Of a stretch of DNA of 64,000 nucleotides, positions 12,711 through 24,959 are shown piece after piece. Positions within the stretch are counted from its first letter, which is position 1. Each line of letters opens with the position of its first letter. The notes below the pieces were generated by a model. That model saw only the letters and a program-made list of their open reading frames with translations. It was not told where the DNA came from and ran no database searches. A program made the position numbers and the translations under genes. Source of the stretch: Mobula hypostoma (Eukaryota); contig NC_086118.1 in assembly GCF_963921235.1 (NCBI RefSeq), positions 21,764,001 to 21,828,000 on the forward strand, read 5' to 3'.

Positions 12711-13689
12711 ATTGAGTCTTCTAAAGCATTGAGATTCCAGTGGATCTTCTTGTTCCTTGTGGTTGGTTGTTTATTTTCTGTTCGTAAGAAAACGAATACA
12801 GTACTCTTATACGTGGACGTGGGCTTCACCAATCATTATGATGCATTATTGATTTATTTTGGTCCAGCCACCAGTCTGTGTCTGCTTGATACCTTGCTCC
12901 CTCCTGGTACCACACACTGTACCCATGCTACAACATGATCCAATATTTTAAATTTCTATTAGACTATGCTGTCGGATGTATGTAGGGCTTATGGTGGATA
13001 TGGTGCTCATGCACATCCTCAAAATGTTCAGGTGGAATGTGTGCACATAGAGTCATACAGCATGGAGTCAGACCATTCGAGCTCCCGCATTACCACCAGT
13101 GGACATTCATCTGTATTGAGCCCATCTGCCAGCATTTGGCTCATTGCCTTCTGTAACTGTGACTTAAGTGCTTATCTAGACAGTTCTTAAGGACCATCAG
13201 TGACTCATTCTCTCCAGCCGTGCATACTGAGTGCTCACCATTCCTTGAGTGAAAAAGGCTCCCTTACATCCATTAACTTCTCAGATTATTGTGGGGGAAG
13301 GGATCGGCACTTTCCTGCATAGTAACCATTTTATTCCCTTGGTGAATGTCTCTGCACATAATACATAATATATGGAGTTATTGCTTCAAATGCATTTTTA
13401 TATATAACTGGCTAGGAAGTGCTGTAAGATGTCATAATACATCAAATCAAAACCTCAGGCCATCACAATATAGTCTTAAATAACTTTCAGAGGTCTGTTT
13501 GGAGTCTCAATAAATGATTTATAAACGTAAAATAGGAGGAAAGTAGCAATTCTTAGACTGAAGAAAATTTTGGAATTTGCATTAAATCTGTAACAAGACA
13601 GAACAGATTAAATTACTAAAACAATGCTCAGAACTGATGATTCACATACCTGGAATTAGCCTCAGCCAGTAAAGCACCTGTGTACATAC

Positions 13690-16130
13690 ATCTACTGATG
13701 CTTCTGGACACACCTTCAGTGATGCTCCTGGAATCATCGGGTGTTTCGGGTCTTTCAACATCATACAACCTCCTCCAGGTGACCCAGCCGGGGCTGATCA
13801 GACCCCAGCTTGTGTCCAGATGGTTAGCAACTTATGACTCCATGGCTCCCCTCTTTTGAGCCACAGCCATCTTGAGGTCCTCTCTGCCTCATCGGTGGTA
13901 CTGCGGATGGCTTTCCTCTTCCTCTCTCCCTCGACGCCCAAAATGCTGAAGGCTCTAACTAAGGAACGGGCTACGAATCTCCTACAACCAACCTCCACTG
14001 GGAGACACCTCGCTCTCCATCCAGCCTGCTGACAGTTGCTGACCAGTCCTGCGTACTTGGAGAGCTTCCTTTCAAAGGCCTCCTCCAAGCTATCTTCCCA
14101 TGGGACTGTCAGCTCCAGCAGCACCACTTGCTTAGTAGACTCAGACACTAGGACAATGTCTGGTCGCAGGGTGGTTGCTGCGATATGGTTGGGGAACTTC
14201 AGCTGCCCTTCGAGGTCCACCAACAGCTGCCAGTCCCTTGCAGAGGTCAGAATGCCTGCAGATGTTCTTTTGGCAGGTATTGGCTGCTCCCCAGCTCTGA
14301 CAAAGGCAATGGTCTGCTTGGAGGGTCGGGACCGCTTCGCCCACTCAACTCCTGCACTGACGGCTTCAGCGATGGTCTTCAGGACCTGATCATGCCTCCA
14401 CCTGTACCGTCCCTCACCAAGTGCCCTTGCACAGCCGCTGAGGATGTGCTCCAGGGTTCCTCGCTTGGAGCACAGTGGGCACGCAGATGACTCTGCCTTG
14501 CCCCATGTGTGCAGGTTTGATGGGCTTGGAAGCACATTGTACACTGCCTGGATGAGAAATTGGATGCAGTGTGGTTTGGCTTTCCAAAGATCAGCCCAGG
14601 TCACTCTCCTCTCAACCACATTCTCCCATCTTGTCCAAGCTCCCTGTTGCTTCATTCCCACCGCCTTGCAGGCTCTCATCTCCTCCACTACTGCTCTCAC
14701 CTCCTCCTGAACTAGACGACGCCTTTTCTTCCCTCTGGTGTCCATCTGGGGAGTTGGAAAGGATCCTAGCCCAGCTCGGCCTTGTGTGACCACTCCTACC
14801 AGCCTCCTGTGACGCAGCCTCGCCTCTGCCTCCTGAACAGCTTCCTCTGCCCTCCACTTCCTGCCAGTACTTACTTGGATCCATGCTCTAGCCACCTTCG
14901 GGTCACTTGAGTCCCTGTACTGCAGCACTTCTCTGGCTCTTGTTACCTTGAATTCTTCCTCCAAGGATTTGAAGGGCAGTTGCAGTTTGTTGTGGTGTCC
15001 ATAGAGTGCGATGCTGCTCAGGCTCTTTGGCAGCCCCAGCCATCTCCTGAGGTGGTTGCTAACCCTCCTCTCTAAGGTTTTGACTGTCGAGATTGGAACT
15101 GCATAGATGAGGAGGGGCCACAGGATTCTGGGAAGGATGCCATGCTGATACACTCAGGCTTTAAACTTCCCAGGTAGGCCAGACTTGTCCACAGATTTCA
15201 GCCAGCCATCCAACTCGGTGCAGGTTGCCTGAATGGATGTTGTGTCCCTTAAAGAACTGTCAAAAACTTTGCCTAAGCTCTTGACTGGCTTTTCTGTAAT
15301 GGTTGGGATGGCTGTGCCTGCGATGCTGAACTGGAACTTGTTCTCCACCTTCCCTTTCCTCAGCACCATCGATCTTGATTTGGCAGGTTTGAAACGCATC
15401 TGGGCCCACTCCACCAGCTTTTTGAGCCCTTGCAGAACTCTCCGGCAGCCTGGGACTGATTCTGTGGTGACTGTGAGGTCATCCATGAATGCCCTGACAG
15501 GTGGTTGCCGTTGAGCGGAATTCATTCTGGGCCCTCTGCACTCTGGTTCAGCAGACTTAGTGAGCATGTTCATGGCTAGGGAGAACAGTGTCACTGAGAT
15601 AGTGCACCCTGTGATGATGCCGACCTCCACCTTGTGCCAGGTTGATGTAATTGCTCCTGAAGAGACCCTCATCCTGAAGTTGCTGTAATAATCAGCGATA
15701 AGGTCTCTGATTCTGCTGGGGACGTGATATTTAGTCAGTGTGAGCTGCACCAGCTTGTGCGGAATGGAGCCATATGCATTCGCCAGGTCCAGCCACAACA
15801 CTGACAGGTTGCCCTTGTTCTCTCTGGCCTCCCTGATGAGCTGTGTCACCACACCGATGTGCTCCAGACAGCCCGGCATCCCCAAAATGCCACCCTTCTG
15901 GACTGATGTATCAATATAGGTGTTCTTTGCTAGGTAGGTGCACAACCGGTTGGAAACTGCACTGAAGAAGATCTTGGCCTCGACACACAGCAGGGAGATG
16001 ATGCAAAACTGATCTATCTGGGTGGCATTTTCCTCCTTCAGGATCCACACCCCTTCAGCCACTCTTCACTGTCCTGGGATCTTCCCCCTTCTCCGGAAGA
16101 TTCTCAGGACCTTCCACAGATGCAAGAGAG
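13690..16130 (-). mobile_element. Hero-like non-LTR retrotransposon (RT + CCHC + restriction-like endonuclease), 5'-truncated
   Basis: ORFs 15154..16062 and 13798..15153 are in one frame split by a TGA. Motifs LDLANAYGS, AFMDD, CPLCSKRGTLEHILSGC, RWRHD and RPDIVL...LLELTVPWE...ERKLSKY. Confidence 0.85.
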
Positions 16131-17273
16131 CTTCGTAAACACTGCAGGAAGTTTTGCAGAGGGCAGAGATGGTCTCAACTCTTTGCCTTGACTCCTTCTG
16201 GCAGTCAGACTATCAGTTATGGCTGAGGTTTGGCTTTGGGTCCTTGTCATTATCATGCCTCAATAGCAGAAAATATCTCCAGCCCCATCAGCAGATGTGT
16301 AATAACCATGAAATCTATGGATCTTACATGCTTAAATTAAACATTTAAATTCACCCGGTTCTGATTTTCTGCACCCCGGCCCCCGTGGTTTTTGAGATTT
16401 TGTCACTTGTTTCTGTGCACATTTCCCCCCAGGAACAATATGTGGCAATCTGTATGTGCATCTCTGATCTGATGGTGGTGGAAAATCTGGCTCATTGAAC
16501 ACTGGATAATGCACACTAGTTCAAGCACAAAGCAAACAAGGAGATGGTCTTATTTACAGTAGGTCAGTAGTAACATGGCCTTTAATTAGAGATCTGATGT
16601 TACACACAGAACGTGCTGGAGGAACTCTGAAGGTCAGGCATCTATGAAGGGAAATGAACAGTCAAAGTTCTGAGCCAAAACCTTTCAGCAGGACTGGAAA
16701 GGAAGAGGACAAAAGCCAGAATAAAAAGGGGAGAGGGAGGGGGAGGAGGAGGAATCGCTCCCTCTTCCCTCAATTCTATGGTCTACTATCTTATCCGCTT
16801 TCTTCTTCAGCCCTTTCCCTCTTCCAATTATCATGTTCCAGCTTCTTGTATAATTTCCTTTTTATCTCCTCAGCTTCCCCTTCTCACCTCGATTCACCCA
16901 TAACCTGCCAGATCACGTTGCTCCTCCTCTCCCTACCTATCTATTCTGCTTCTCTCCTCTCCTTTTCCAGTCCTGATTAAGGGGCTCAGCCTGAAATGTT
17001 AACTGTTCATTTCTGTCGGTAGATACTGTCTGACCTGATGAGGTCCTCCAGCATTTTGGGTACACTGCTTAAGATTTTCAGGATCTGCAGTCCCTCTTGC
17101 ATCTCCAGTTAGAGATCTGACTTCTTTTTTTCCTCTGTTCCGGAGAATAAAGATCTAGCCTTGCATCACTGGTGACTGCCACACTGCTTTGCAGATGAAG
17201 CCAAACAAAACTCCACTTATTCTCTGATTGGTGCAAGATCCCACGGAACTGTTTTGATGTTCTGGCCAGTATA

Positions 17274-17797
17274 TACGCTTAGTGGCCACTTTATTAGGTA
17301 CATCTGTACACCTGCCCGCTAATGCAAATATCTAATCAGCCAATCGTGTGCAACAACTCAATGCATAAAAGTATGCAGGCATGGTCAAGAGGTTCACTTG
17401 TTGTTAGAATAGGGAAGAAATGTGATCTAAGTGACTTTGACTACTTATGATTGTTGGTGCCAGACGGGGTGGTTTGAGTATCTCAGAAACTGCTGATCTC
17501 CTGGGATTTTCACGAACAGCTGTTTCTAGAGTTTAGAGAGGATGGTGTGAGAAACAAAAAACATCCAGTGAGTGGTGGTTCTGTGGGCAAAAATGCCTTG
17601 CTAATGAGAGAGGTCAGAGGAGGATGGCCAGACTAGCTCAAGCTGACAGGATGGTGACAGTAACTCTAATAACTAAATATTATAACAGTGCTGTGCAGAA
17701 GAGCATAACTGAATGCAGAACACCTCGAACCTTGAAATGAATGTGTTACAGCAGCAGAAAACAACGTGAGGTTTTACTCCTGTAGCCAATAAGTGTA
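17274..17797 (+). mobile_element. Non-autonomous Tc1/mariner-like element
   Basis: Starts after TA with a Tc1-like terminus agtggccactttattaggtaca; remnants resemble a Tc1 transposase N-terminus; right end degenerate. Confidence 0.6.
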
Positions 17798-18585
17798 TTT
17801 CTCCACCAACATTATTTCAAAACAATATTAATTGACTTTTAACACACTGCTCCTTGTGTTAATTTGTTAATTGCCTTGTATTTTCCATTGCAACATGCAG
17901 TTTCATTTCATGGTTCATTGGGTTGTCCTGAAGGAAACTTAGAAAGGCGGCATATGAATTGAGTTCTGACTTCTTTTTGGAGTTTACTCTTTCTTGGTGC
18001 AACCCCTTGGTCTTTGAGATTTTGCCACTTGTTTCTGTGCACAGTTCCCCACAGAAGTAACATTGCAAATATGTGGCAATCTGTATGGGGGTCACTGACC
18101 TGATGGTGGGGACGGAGGGGGGAGGGCGGATGGATATGGACGCTCACAGCCTAAATAATGGAAAGAGAGTGATGGCTAGGTAATGGCTGATTATTGATCT
18201 CCTCCCACTGACATGGAAGTAAATCACCAGAGGTAGAAAAGAGCTGGCTAGCATGTTATTAGCTGTGTTACATGATTACAGTAATGTCGTCACCTATTCC
18301 AAGCCAATGGAAGTTTCATTGCTGATTTTAAAGCTAACATCCATTTAGGCTGGCCACAATAAAAAACTGTGAAATGGCCTGAGAGTCAACTCAGACTGGG
18401 TTATTCACCTTTTTCATCAAGGGACCACGTTGAACTGCCTCCTAATCACGTGTGAAGGCCAGTAGAATGGAAACGGTGCAGTAAACAGAGGCCTGGTCTT
18501 TTCAGAAGGGGCATGGAGAATGGAACCCCACTGAGTAACTGGAGTAGAGGGAACAGAGTCCAGCTGATCATAAACGGGTTGCAAG

Positions 18586-19199
18586 TGTAACCCTCAGGAT
18601 ATGTCAGCTGTGTAAGTCCAGGGAAGTCCAGACGATCTCTGGCCCCACCAAACATGTGAGATTGAGGTGCAGACCCTCCCGTTTGTGTGGGTGCTGCGTG
18701 ATGTGTCACCCTGTTACAAATCAGTACCACGAAATGGCAGACAGCACACCATACGCAATTAAACGATTTAGCTTTACAATTCTTAATTTGACTAGAGGGT
18801 TAGTAAAGTAAAACAAAAAGAAAAGGGCCCATTTTAATGAAACAGTCTGATGTGCACACGTTGGAGCTCATGGTTTCCCTTTCGGCGATCCTCCATCGAT
18901 TTCCCTGGGTTTCGTCAACTCCTGTCCCCGCTCCAAGGCAACTCCTTTCGGGTGACTACGACCTCTCCGTTCTGGCATCTTCTCTCTCCATCTTCCGCTG
19001 AACCAAAGACCCAGATCACCTCGGTCTCAGGCACATAACAAGAAAAAAACATTCCCTTCGTTGGACAGCGCACATTCCAAAGCCCCGGTTATCTCTACCC
19101 ATCACCCAAACACTGCTGCTACAGAACAACCATTACATTAGCAGTGCTTCTACAGAAAGACCATGACATTAACGGTGGAACCTTTCCCAGGGTGTTACA
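18586..19199. mobile_element. Solo LTR (614 bp) with 4-bp TSD
   Basis: tgtaac...gttaca termini; TSD caag at 18582-18585 and 19200-19203. Confidence 0.85.
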
Positions 19200-19214
19200 C
19201 AAGAAATCTACTTT

Positions 19215-19460
19215 ATTTATTTTTATTTCTTTAGAAATACAGTACTTTAACAGTCTCTTCTGACTGTACAATTACACCCATGTGGCCGATTACCCTACTG
19301 ACCCGTACGTCCTTAGAATGTGGGAGGAAACCAGAGCATCTGGAGGAAATCCATACGGTTACGGGGAGAATGTACGAACTGTATACAGACAGCGATGGAA
19401 CTGAAACCAGGTTTCAGGTGCTGCAGTAGCGTGATGCTGCCCACGACACCTACCGCGTTA
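19215..19460 (-). mobile_element. tRNA-derived SINE
   Basis: On the - strand: B-box-like cctggtttcagttcc, core gttcgtacattctccccgt..ctggtttcctcccacattc, A-rich tail; related to 21465-21960. Confidence 0.65.
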
Positions 19461-21464
19461 TCGCTTCTGTAAGGAGAACTGGAGCAGGAAACAGCAGCGC
19501 CGGTCAGGAAATGAGGTTCATGTGACAGAGCTCCAGTGAAGAAAAGCATTGTGGGAAATTGAGTCCTGGCATGAATGACAGGAAATGGGACATACAGCAA
19601 ATGCTCAAAATGGCATGGGAAACAGAAACACAAAAAGTCTGCAGATGCTGCAAATCCAAAACAACACACACATACACAAAATGCTGGCAGAACTCAGCAG
19701 ATAAGGCAGCATCTGAAGAAGGGTCTCGGTCCGAAGCGCTGACTGTCTGCTCATTTCTATAGATGCTGCCTGACCTGCTGAGTTCCTCTATCACTTTATG
19801 GGAACCAGAATCCCAGTGCAGGAAAGAAAGGCTCAGTGAATAAGACATAGTCCTGTAAGTTCAAAACAGGCTGTAGGAATAAGCCAAGACATTACAGGCT
19901 GCTGAGGCTGAGATCAGTCATGGGTAAGTTATTGAAAGATACTCGAAGGGACATGATATATATTTGGATAAACAGGACAGCTCACCAGCGGTAATGACGG
20001 CTGTGGGCTCAGTCACAACATTTAAGAGAAGTTTGGATTGTTACATGGATAAGTAGGGTATGGGGGGCTATTGTCTGGGTACAGGTATATCAGACTAGTC
20101 ACAAAAACAGGCTGACATGGGACTAGATGGGCCAAAGGACCAGTTTCTGTGCTGTCATGCTCTATGACTGTGTGACTCTAAGTATTAAATAGGTGCCTGG
20201 AGTAGGGACTGGTAAGTAAAAGATGTGTAGACAAAGTTGTGCTGTGAGTTTAAAAGGAGTGAGAGAATTTGGTGACCTTAAGAGGGATCAGGGAAAATCA
20301 GTGAATAAAGGAACACAAAAAACATGGCCCAGCTATATAAGGCAGCCAGGGAAACAAAATCCTGCAGAGTTTAATTGAAGAGTGGGAATATAGTCATGGT
20401 GTGTAAAAGGAACTTGGGGTAAAGGAGGCCTGCTAACAATACAAAGTTTAGTTTGGTGCAAGAATCAGGAGATCTAAGGTATGTGTACATGTTTTAGTGA
20501 ACGCAGCAGGATAAGTTGAGGGAGTGGTTAAAAGTATTGGGAACCCTCAGCTTTAATGACAAAACTAAAGCTTATAAGACTGAAGAAATCGAAGTACAAC
20601 ACATGCAAAATTCAAGAGGAACTTAATTGGTTTGGTAGCATTTATGGAGGGGAATGCACAGTCAATGTTTCAGGCCAAGACACTTCCCCAGGACTGGAAA
20701 GAAAGAGGACAGCAGTCAGAATAAGAATTTGGGAGGAGGGGAAGCTGGAAGCTGCGTCCAGGTGAAGAGGAAGGTGGATGGGTGGGGGAGGGGGATGATG
20801 TAAGAATCTGGGAGTAGATAGGTGGAAGAATTAAAGGGCTGAAGAAGAAGAAATGTAACAGGAGAGGGCAGTGGATCATGGGAGGTGATGGACAGGTAAG
20901 GAGAAGGGAAGGGGAGAGAGGATAACCAGAATGAGGAATGGAAAAATAGAGAAGGAGGGAAGTGAGGGAAGGAGGGAAATGAGTGAAGTTACCAGTTTAG
21001 AGATATTGATTAGGATGGAAACTACTTTGACTATTTATCCCCCTCCATAGATGCTGCCTGCCTTGGTAAGTTTCTTCAACATTTTATGTGCAATGCTCAA
21101 GATTTCCAGCATCTGTAGAATCACTTGTGTTTAGAACTCGTAGTGAACACTTATAAAATACAGTTCAAATCAACTATATTGTGTCAAGAAAAGATGTAAA
21201 AGCTTAGAGACTGTTTAATTAAAAAGGCCGCAGGGAGGTGTTGATATGAGTAGCTGCTAAAATTAATCCCGGGATGAGAGAATAGAGTTGTGCGGATAGA
21301 CTCTGGAGAAGCTGAGGTTGTTCAGCTTGTAGCAGAACAAGTGAGGAAATTTGATGGATGTATTTGTGATCATGATGAGAAAGGCAGAGTTGAGGGAGGG
21401 AAACTCTGTATTGGCAGAGAAATCAAGAAAATAGGACAGATTAATTAGGAAAAGGGGTGGTGTG

Positions 21465-21960
21465 GAAGCATGGTGGATAACACCACCCTGTAGTGTGCCA
21501 GGGACCTGGGTGTGGTAAACTATATATATGTTGTATCTGGGTTACCTGTCTGGACACGCCCCTCTGCTGACTGCTCCTGTGGCTCCTCCCACAGACCCTG
21601 AATAAAGGCGATTGCGCCATTGCTCCTCCTCTCAGTCCAGGGGCAGCTACTCAGCATGGTGGAGGTCACATTTTACTGCTAATAAAAGCCTTTCAGTGTT
21701 TACTCTACTTCCAGTCTTTTGGAGTTATTGATGGTGCACCACTGGGTTCAACTCCGACCACTGTCTGTAAGGAGCTTCTACTTCTCCTTGTAACTGTGAA
21801 GGATTCCGCCAGGTCCTCTAGCTTCCTTTCACGTTCCAAAAGACGGACAGATGGGTTAATAGGTTAATTGGTCACATGGTGTAATGGGGTAGCGTGGGAT
21901 TGTTGGGCCAGCAGGGCCTGGCACCATGCTTTATCTCTAAATAAATAAATCATTAAAAAA
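21465..21960 (+). mobile_element. tRNA-derived SINE interrupted by a solo LTR
   Basis: Removing 21511-21746 restores gacctgggttcaactcc (B-box); (taaa)n tail. Confidence 0.7.
21511..21741 (+). mobile_element. Solo LTR (231 bp) with 5-bp TSD
   Basis: TG...CA termini; two aataaa; TSD ctggg at 21506-21510 and 21742-21746. Confidence 0.85.
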
Positions 21961-22569
21961 AAGGAATTAAAGATAACATGAGGGAGCACTTTTTTTGACA
22001 CTGCCTGTGGTAAGGGTCTGGGGCCCACTGTGAGAGGTGCAAGAGGAGGCTGATTCTCATGTAGAATTCAAAAGGGATGTAGATAAAAAAATTTGCAGAG
22101 TGATAGGTAAAATGCATTAGAGTGGGACTAGGTGCATCATAGAGCCAGTATCAAGTTGATAGGCTGAGTGATTTGCTTTTATGCTGTAATCTTTCTTGAG
22201 TCTAGAAAACCTTAGTGCCAAAAAGCTACCTGTTCCTCACTGAAATTAATGTCAGTTAATTAATTTTTCTGTGAATACGGAGCCTGGGTGATGTTTCTGA
22301 TTGAACAGTGAGAATCAAATTGAGGGATCTTCTGCAGCCACTTGGAAAGAATCTATGGCATGAAGCTTGAGTGTCGATGCGACTTTGTCCTCCGTGGAGA
22401 GAACAATCCAGGCATGAGGGAGTTGTCACAGGTTTCCCTGCAGAATACCTCATATCTCAGCATTGGCTACCTTGAAAACATGAGCCTTCAGTCAAAATTA
22501 TTGGTGATAATGTTACCATATGAAGCTTAACCCCTACATTAATAGAATGAGTGAAAAAAAGTGTTTTAT

Positions 22570-23432
22570 TCAGGGCCCCAAACAGTCCTTCCAGGTGAGG
22601 TGACACTTCACCTGCGAGTCGGCTGGGGTGATATACTGCGTCCGGTGCTCCTGGTGCGGCCTTCTATATATTGGCAAGACCCAACGTAGACTAGGGGACC
22701 ATTTCGCTGAACACTTACGCTCTGTCCGTCAGCGAAAGCAGGATCTCCCACTGGCCACACATTTTAATTCCACGTCCCATTCCCATTCTGATATGTCTAT
22801 CCATGGCCTCCTCTACTGTAAAGATGAAGCCACACTCAGGTTGGAGGAACAACACCTTATATTCCGTCTGGGTAGCCTCCAACCTGATGGCATGAACATT
22901 GACTTCTCTAATTTCCATTAATGCCCCTCCTCCCCTTCATACCCCATCCCTTATTTATCTATCTATTTATCTATCTATCTACCTACCTATCTATCTACAT
23001 ATCTATCTATTTATTTATTTGTTTGTTTGTTTGTTTATTTATTCCCCCTCTTTCTTTCTCTCTCTTTTTTCTCCCTCTGCCCCTCTCACTATATCTTCCT
23101 CTGGTGCTCCCCTCCCCCCTTCTGTCTCCCTAGCCCTCCCGTCCCATGATCCTCTCCATTGTCCAACCTGGTATCCCTTTTGCCAATCAACTGTCCAGCT
23201 CTTGGCTCCATCCCTCCCCCTCCTGTCTTCTCCTATCATTTCAGATCTCCCCATCCCCTCCCACTTTCAAATCTCTTACTAGCTCTCCATTCAGTTAGTC
23301 CTGACGAAGGGTCTCGGTCCGAAAGGTCGACTGTACCTCTTCCTATAGATGCTGCCTGGCCTGCTGCGTTCACCAGCATTTTGTGTCTGTTGCTTGAATT
23401 TCCAGCATTTGCAGATTTCCTCGTGTTTGCAT
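22570..23432 (+). mobile_element. Penelope-like element 3' part: GIY-YIG endonuclease C-terminus plus pseudo-LTR
   Basis: IYCVRCSWCGLLYIGKTQRRLGDHFAEH...EQHLIFRLGSLQPDGMNIDF; (tatc)n microsatellite; hammerhead-like motif at 23297-23332. Confidence 0.9.
23297..23332 (+). ncRNA. Minimal type I hammerhead ribozyme-like motif in a Penelope pseudo-LTR (one helix III change)
   Basis: agtc CTGACGA agggtctcggtcc GAAA g GTC gact: both core boxes present and helix I agtc/gact. Confidence 0.6.
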
Positions 23433-24191
23433 TTTTAAAAGCTGTGGATTGTTTGATGCTCAAACAATAAACATCATATCAGTTTGAATCTTCAGTCTCC
23501 TTTCCAATCAAGCACAGCACTCTTTTGTGAGCAGAGTCTGGAAATTTACAGTTATAATTCAAAATAAATGATTTTAATGTGTTACAACTCTAACAATGCA
23601 ATTTAGTACGAAGTGTAGATATAGTGTGTGGAGAGAGAGAGGAAGAGGGAGAACTAGCTATCAGGTCACCATTTAAATGTCAGTATTAATAAGAAAAGCC
23701 AAGTGGGGCCAAACAAAAAAGTGAAAAGGAGAAAGATGGGTCTACAACCTTCTCGATAACGCGTCCATTTCTTTATCTGCACAGTGATAGATTCCAACTT
23801 CAGAGTAGTGAGGTTACCACAGTATTCATCATAGCTTTGAATTTGAAACATTACTTTAATTTACAACCCTAAATGTGAATGCATTCAGGAAACAGAACAA
23901 AATAATTAATTTATTTCTGTTAATCTGTCAGAGAAATGTAACTCTTACTTCGGGTGCTGAGTACTAAAGGACAGGGGGCCTAAGTTTTATTTTGTACGTG
24001 CCTATTATTTTTACGCTTCATTCCCCATGATTTCAGGCATTCAATTGGAGCTATTTTCTGCATTTATAAAGAAGTCACCAGAATGGAAAGAGTTAACTGT
24101 GTCCTGACATTCTGCTTCTTGCATATTCCAGGTGTGGCTCACTTTTGTCGGGTTTCACTCACAGCTGACGGTACCCATAAACTGCTTTTCA

Positions 24192-24959
24192 ATGGCTGGT
24201 CCTGCTTCCTCAACAATCGAACAGCAGCTCACTTGCTCTATCTGCTTGGATTTGTTCAGATCTCCGGTGACTACATCTTGTGGACATAACTTTTGTAAAG
24301 ACTGTCTTGAGCATTTCTGGGAAATGATCCATATTCACAGCTGCCCGCAATGTAGAGAAACCTTCGACCCGGATCTACCTCTACAGAAGAACGCGACTTT
24401 AAATGGCCTGGTGGAAAAATGGAAAAAGGACATCGCAGAGTCACAGGAGCCTGAGTGCAAAGCTGGACAAGGAACTGAGGAGAAACAAAAATGTCAGTCA
24501 GGGTGCGAGGAGAAGCAGGCCGAGCTACGACGAGGTGAGGATTGTCAACAAGAGTTAGCTTGTAAACCGCAGGAGGAAGCTGAGGTGAAAACGAACGCTG
24601 AGTTGGAAAGTGAGAACGCAATCAAAGACGAGCAAGGAGACAATCCTCTCACTGATCCTGATGAAGTTCTCTGTGATTCCTGCATTGACAAGAAATTAAA
24701 AGCTGCAAAGTCTTGTCTGACCTGCATGGTTTCATACTGCGAAGCTCATCTGAGACCTCACCTTGAAAACACTGCCTTCAAGAATCACAAGCTGATCAAC
24801 CCCATGAAAGACATCGAACAGGGAAAATGCTGTCTGCATGACCAGTATTTGGAGTTCTTCTGTAAAAATGATCAGAGCTGCGTCTGTAAGGAATGCACAC
24901 TGGACAAACATGTAAATCATGAAATAATTCCTGTTGCAAGGGCAAAGACGGAAAAAGAG
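24192..24959 (+). CDS. TRIM16: TRIM16 coding exon 1: RING (C3HC4), acidic linker, B-box1, B-box2
   Basis: ATG at 24192 in ORF 24132..24980. Contains CSIC..CGHNFC..C..CPQC, CDSC..CLTC...YC..H and CCLH...FC..D..CVC..C....H..H. Donor GAG|GTCAGT at 24960. Confidence 0.93.

Noticed and set aside
15154..15156. In-frame TGA as selenocysteine or programmed readthrough in the Hero ORF
   Set aside because: It falls at a probable conserved Trp (TGG>TGA), a second similar stop lies upstream, and no SECIS is evident.
22899..23470. Several ~70-130 aa ORFs (also 51113-51626)
   Set aside because: Low-complexity Penelope pseudo-LTR and microsatellite sequence.
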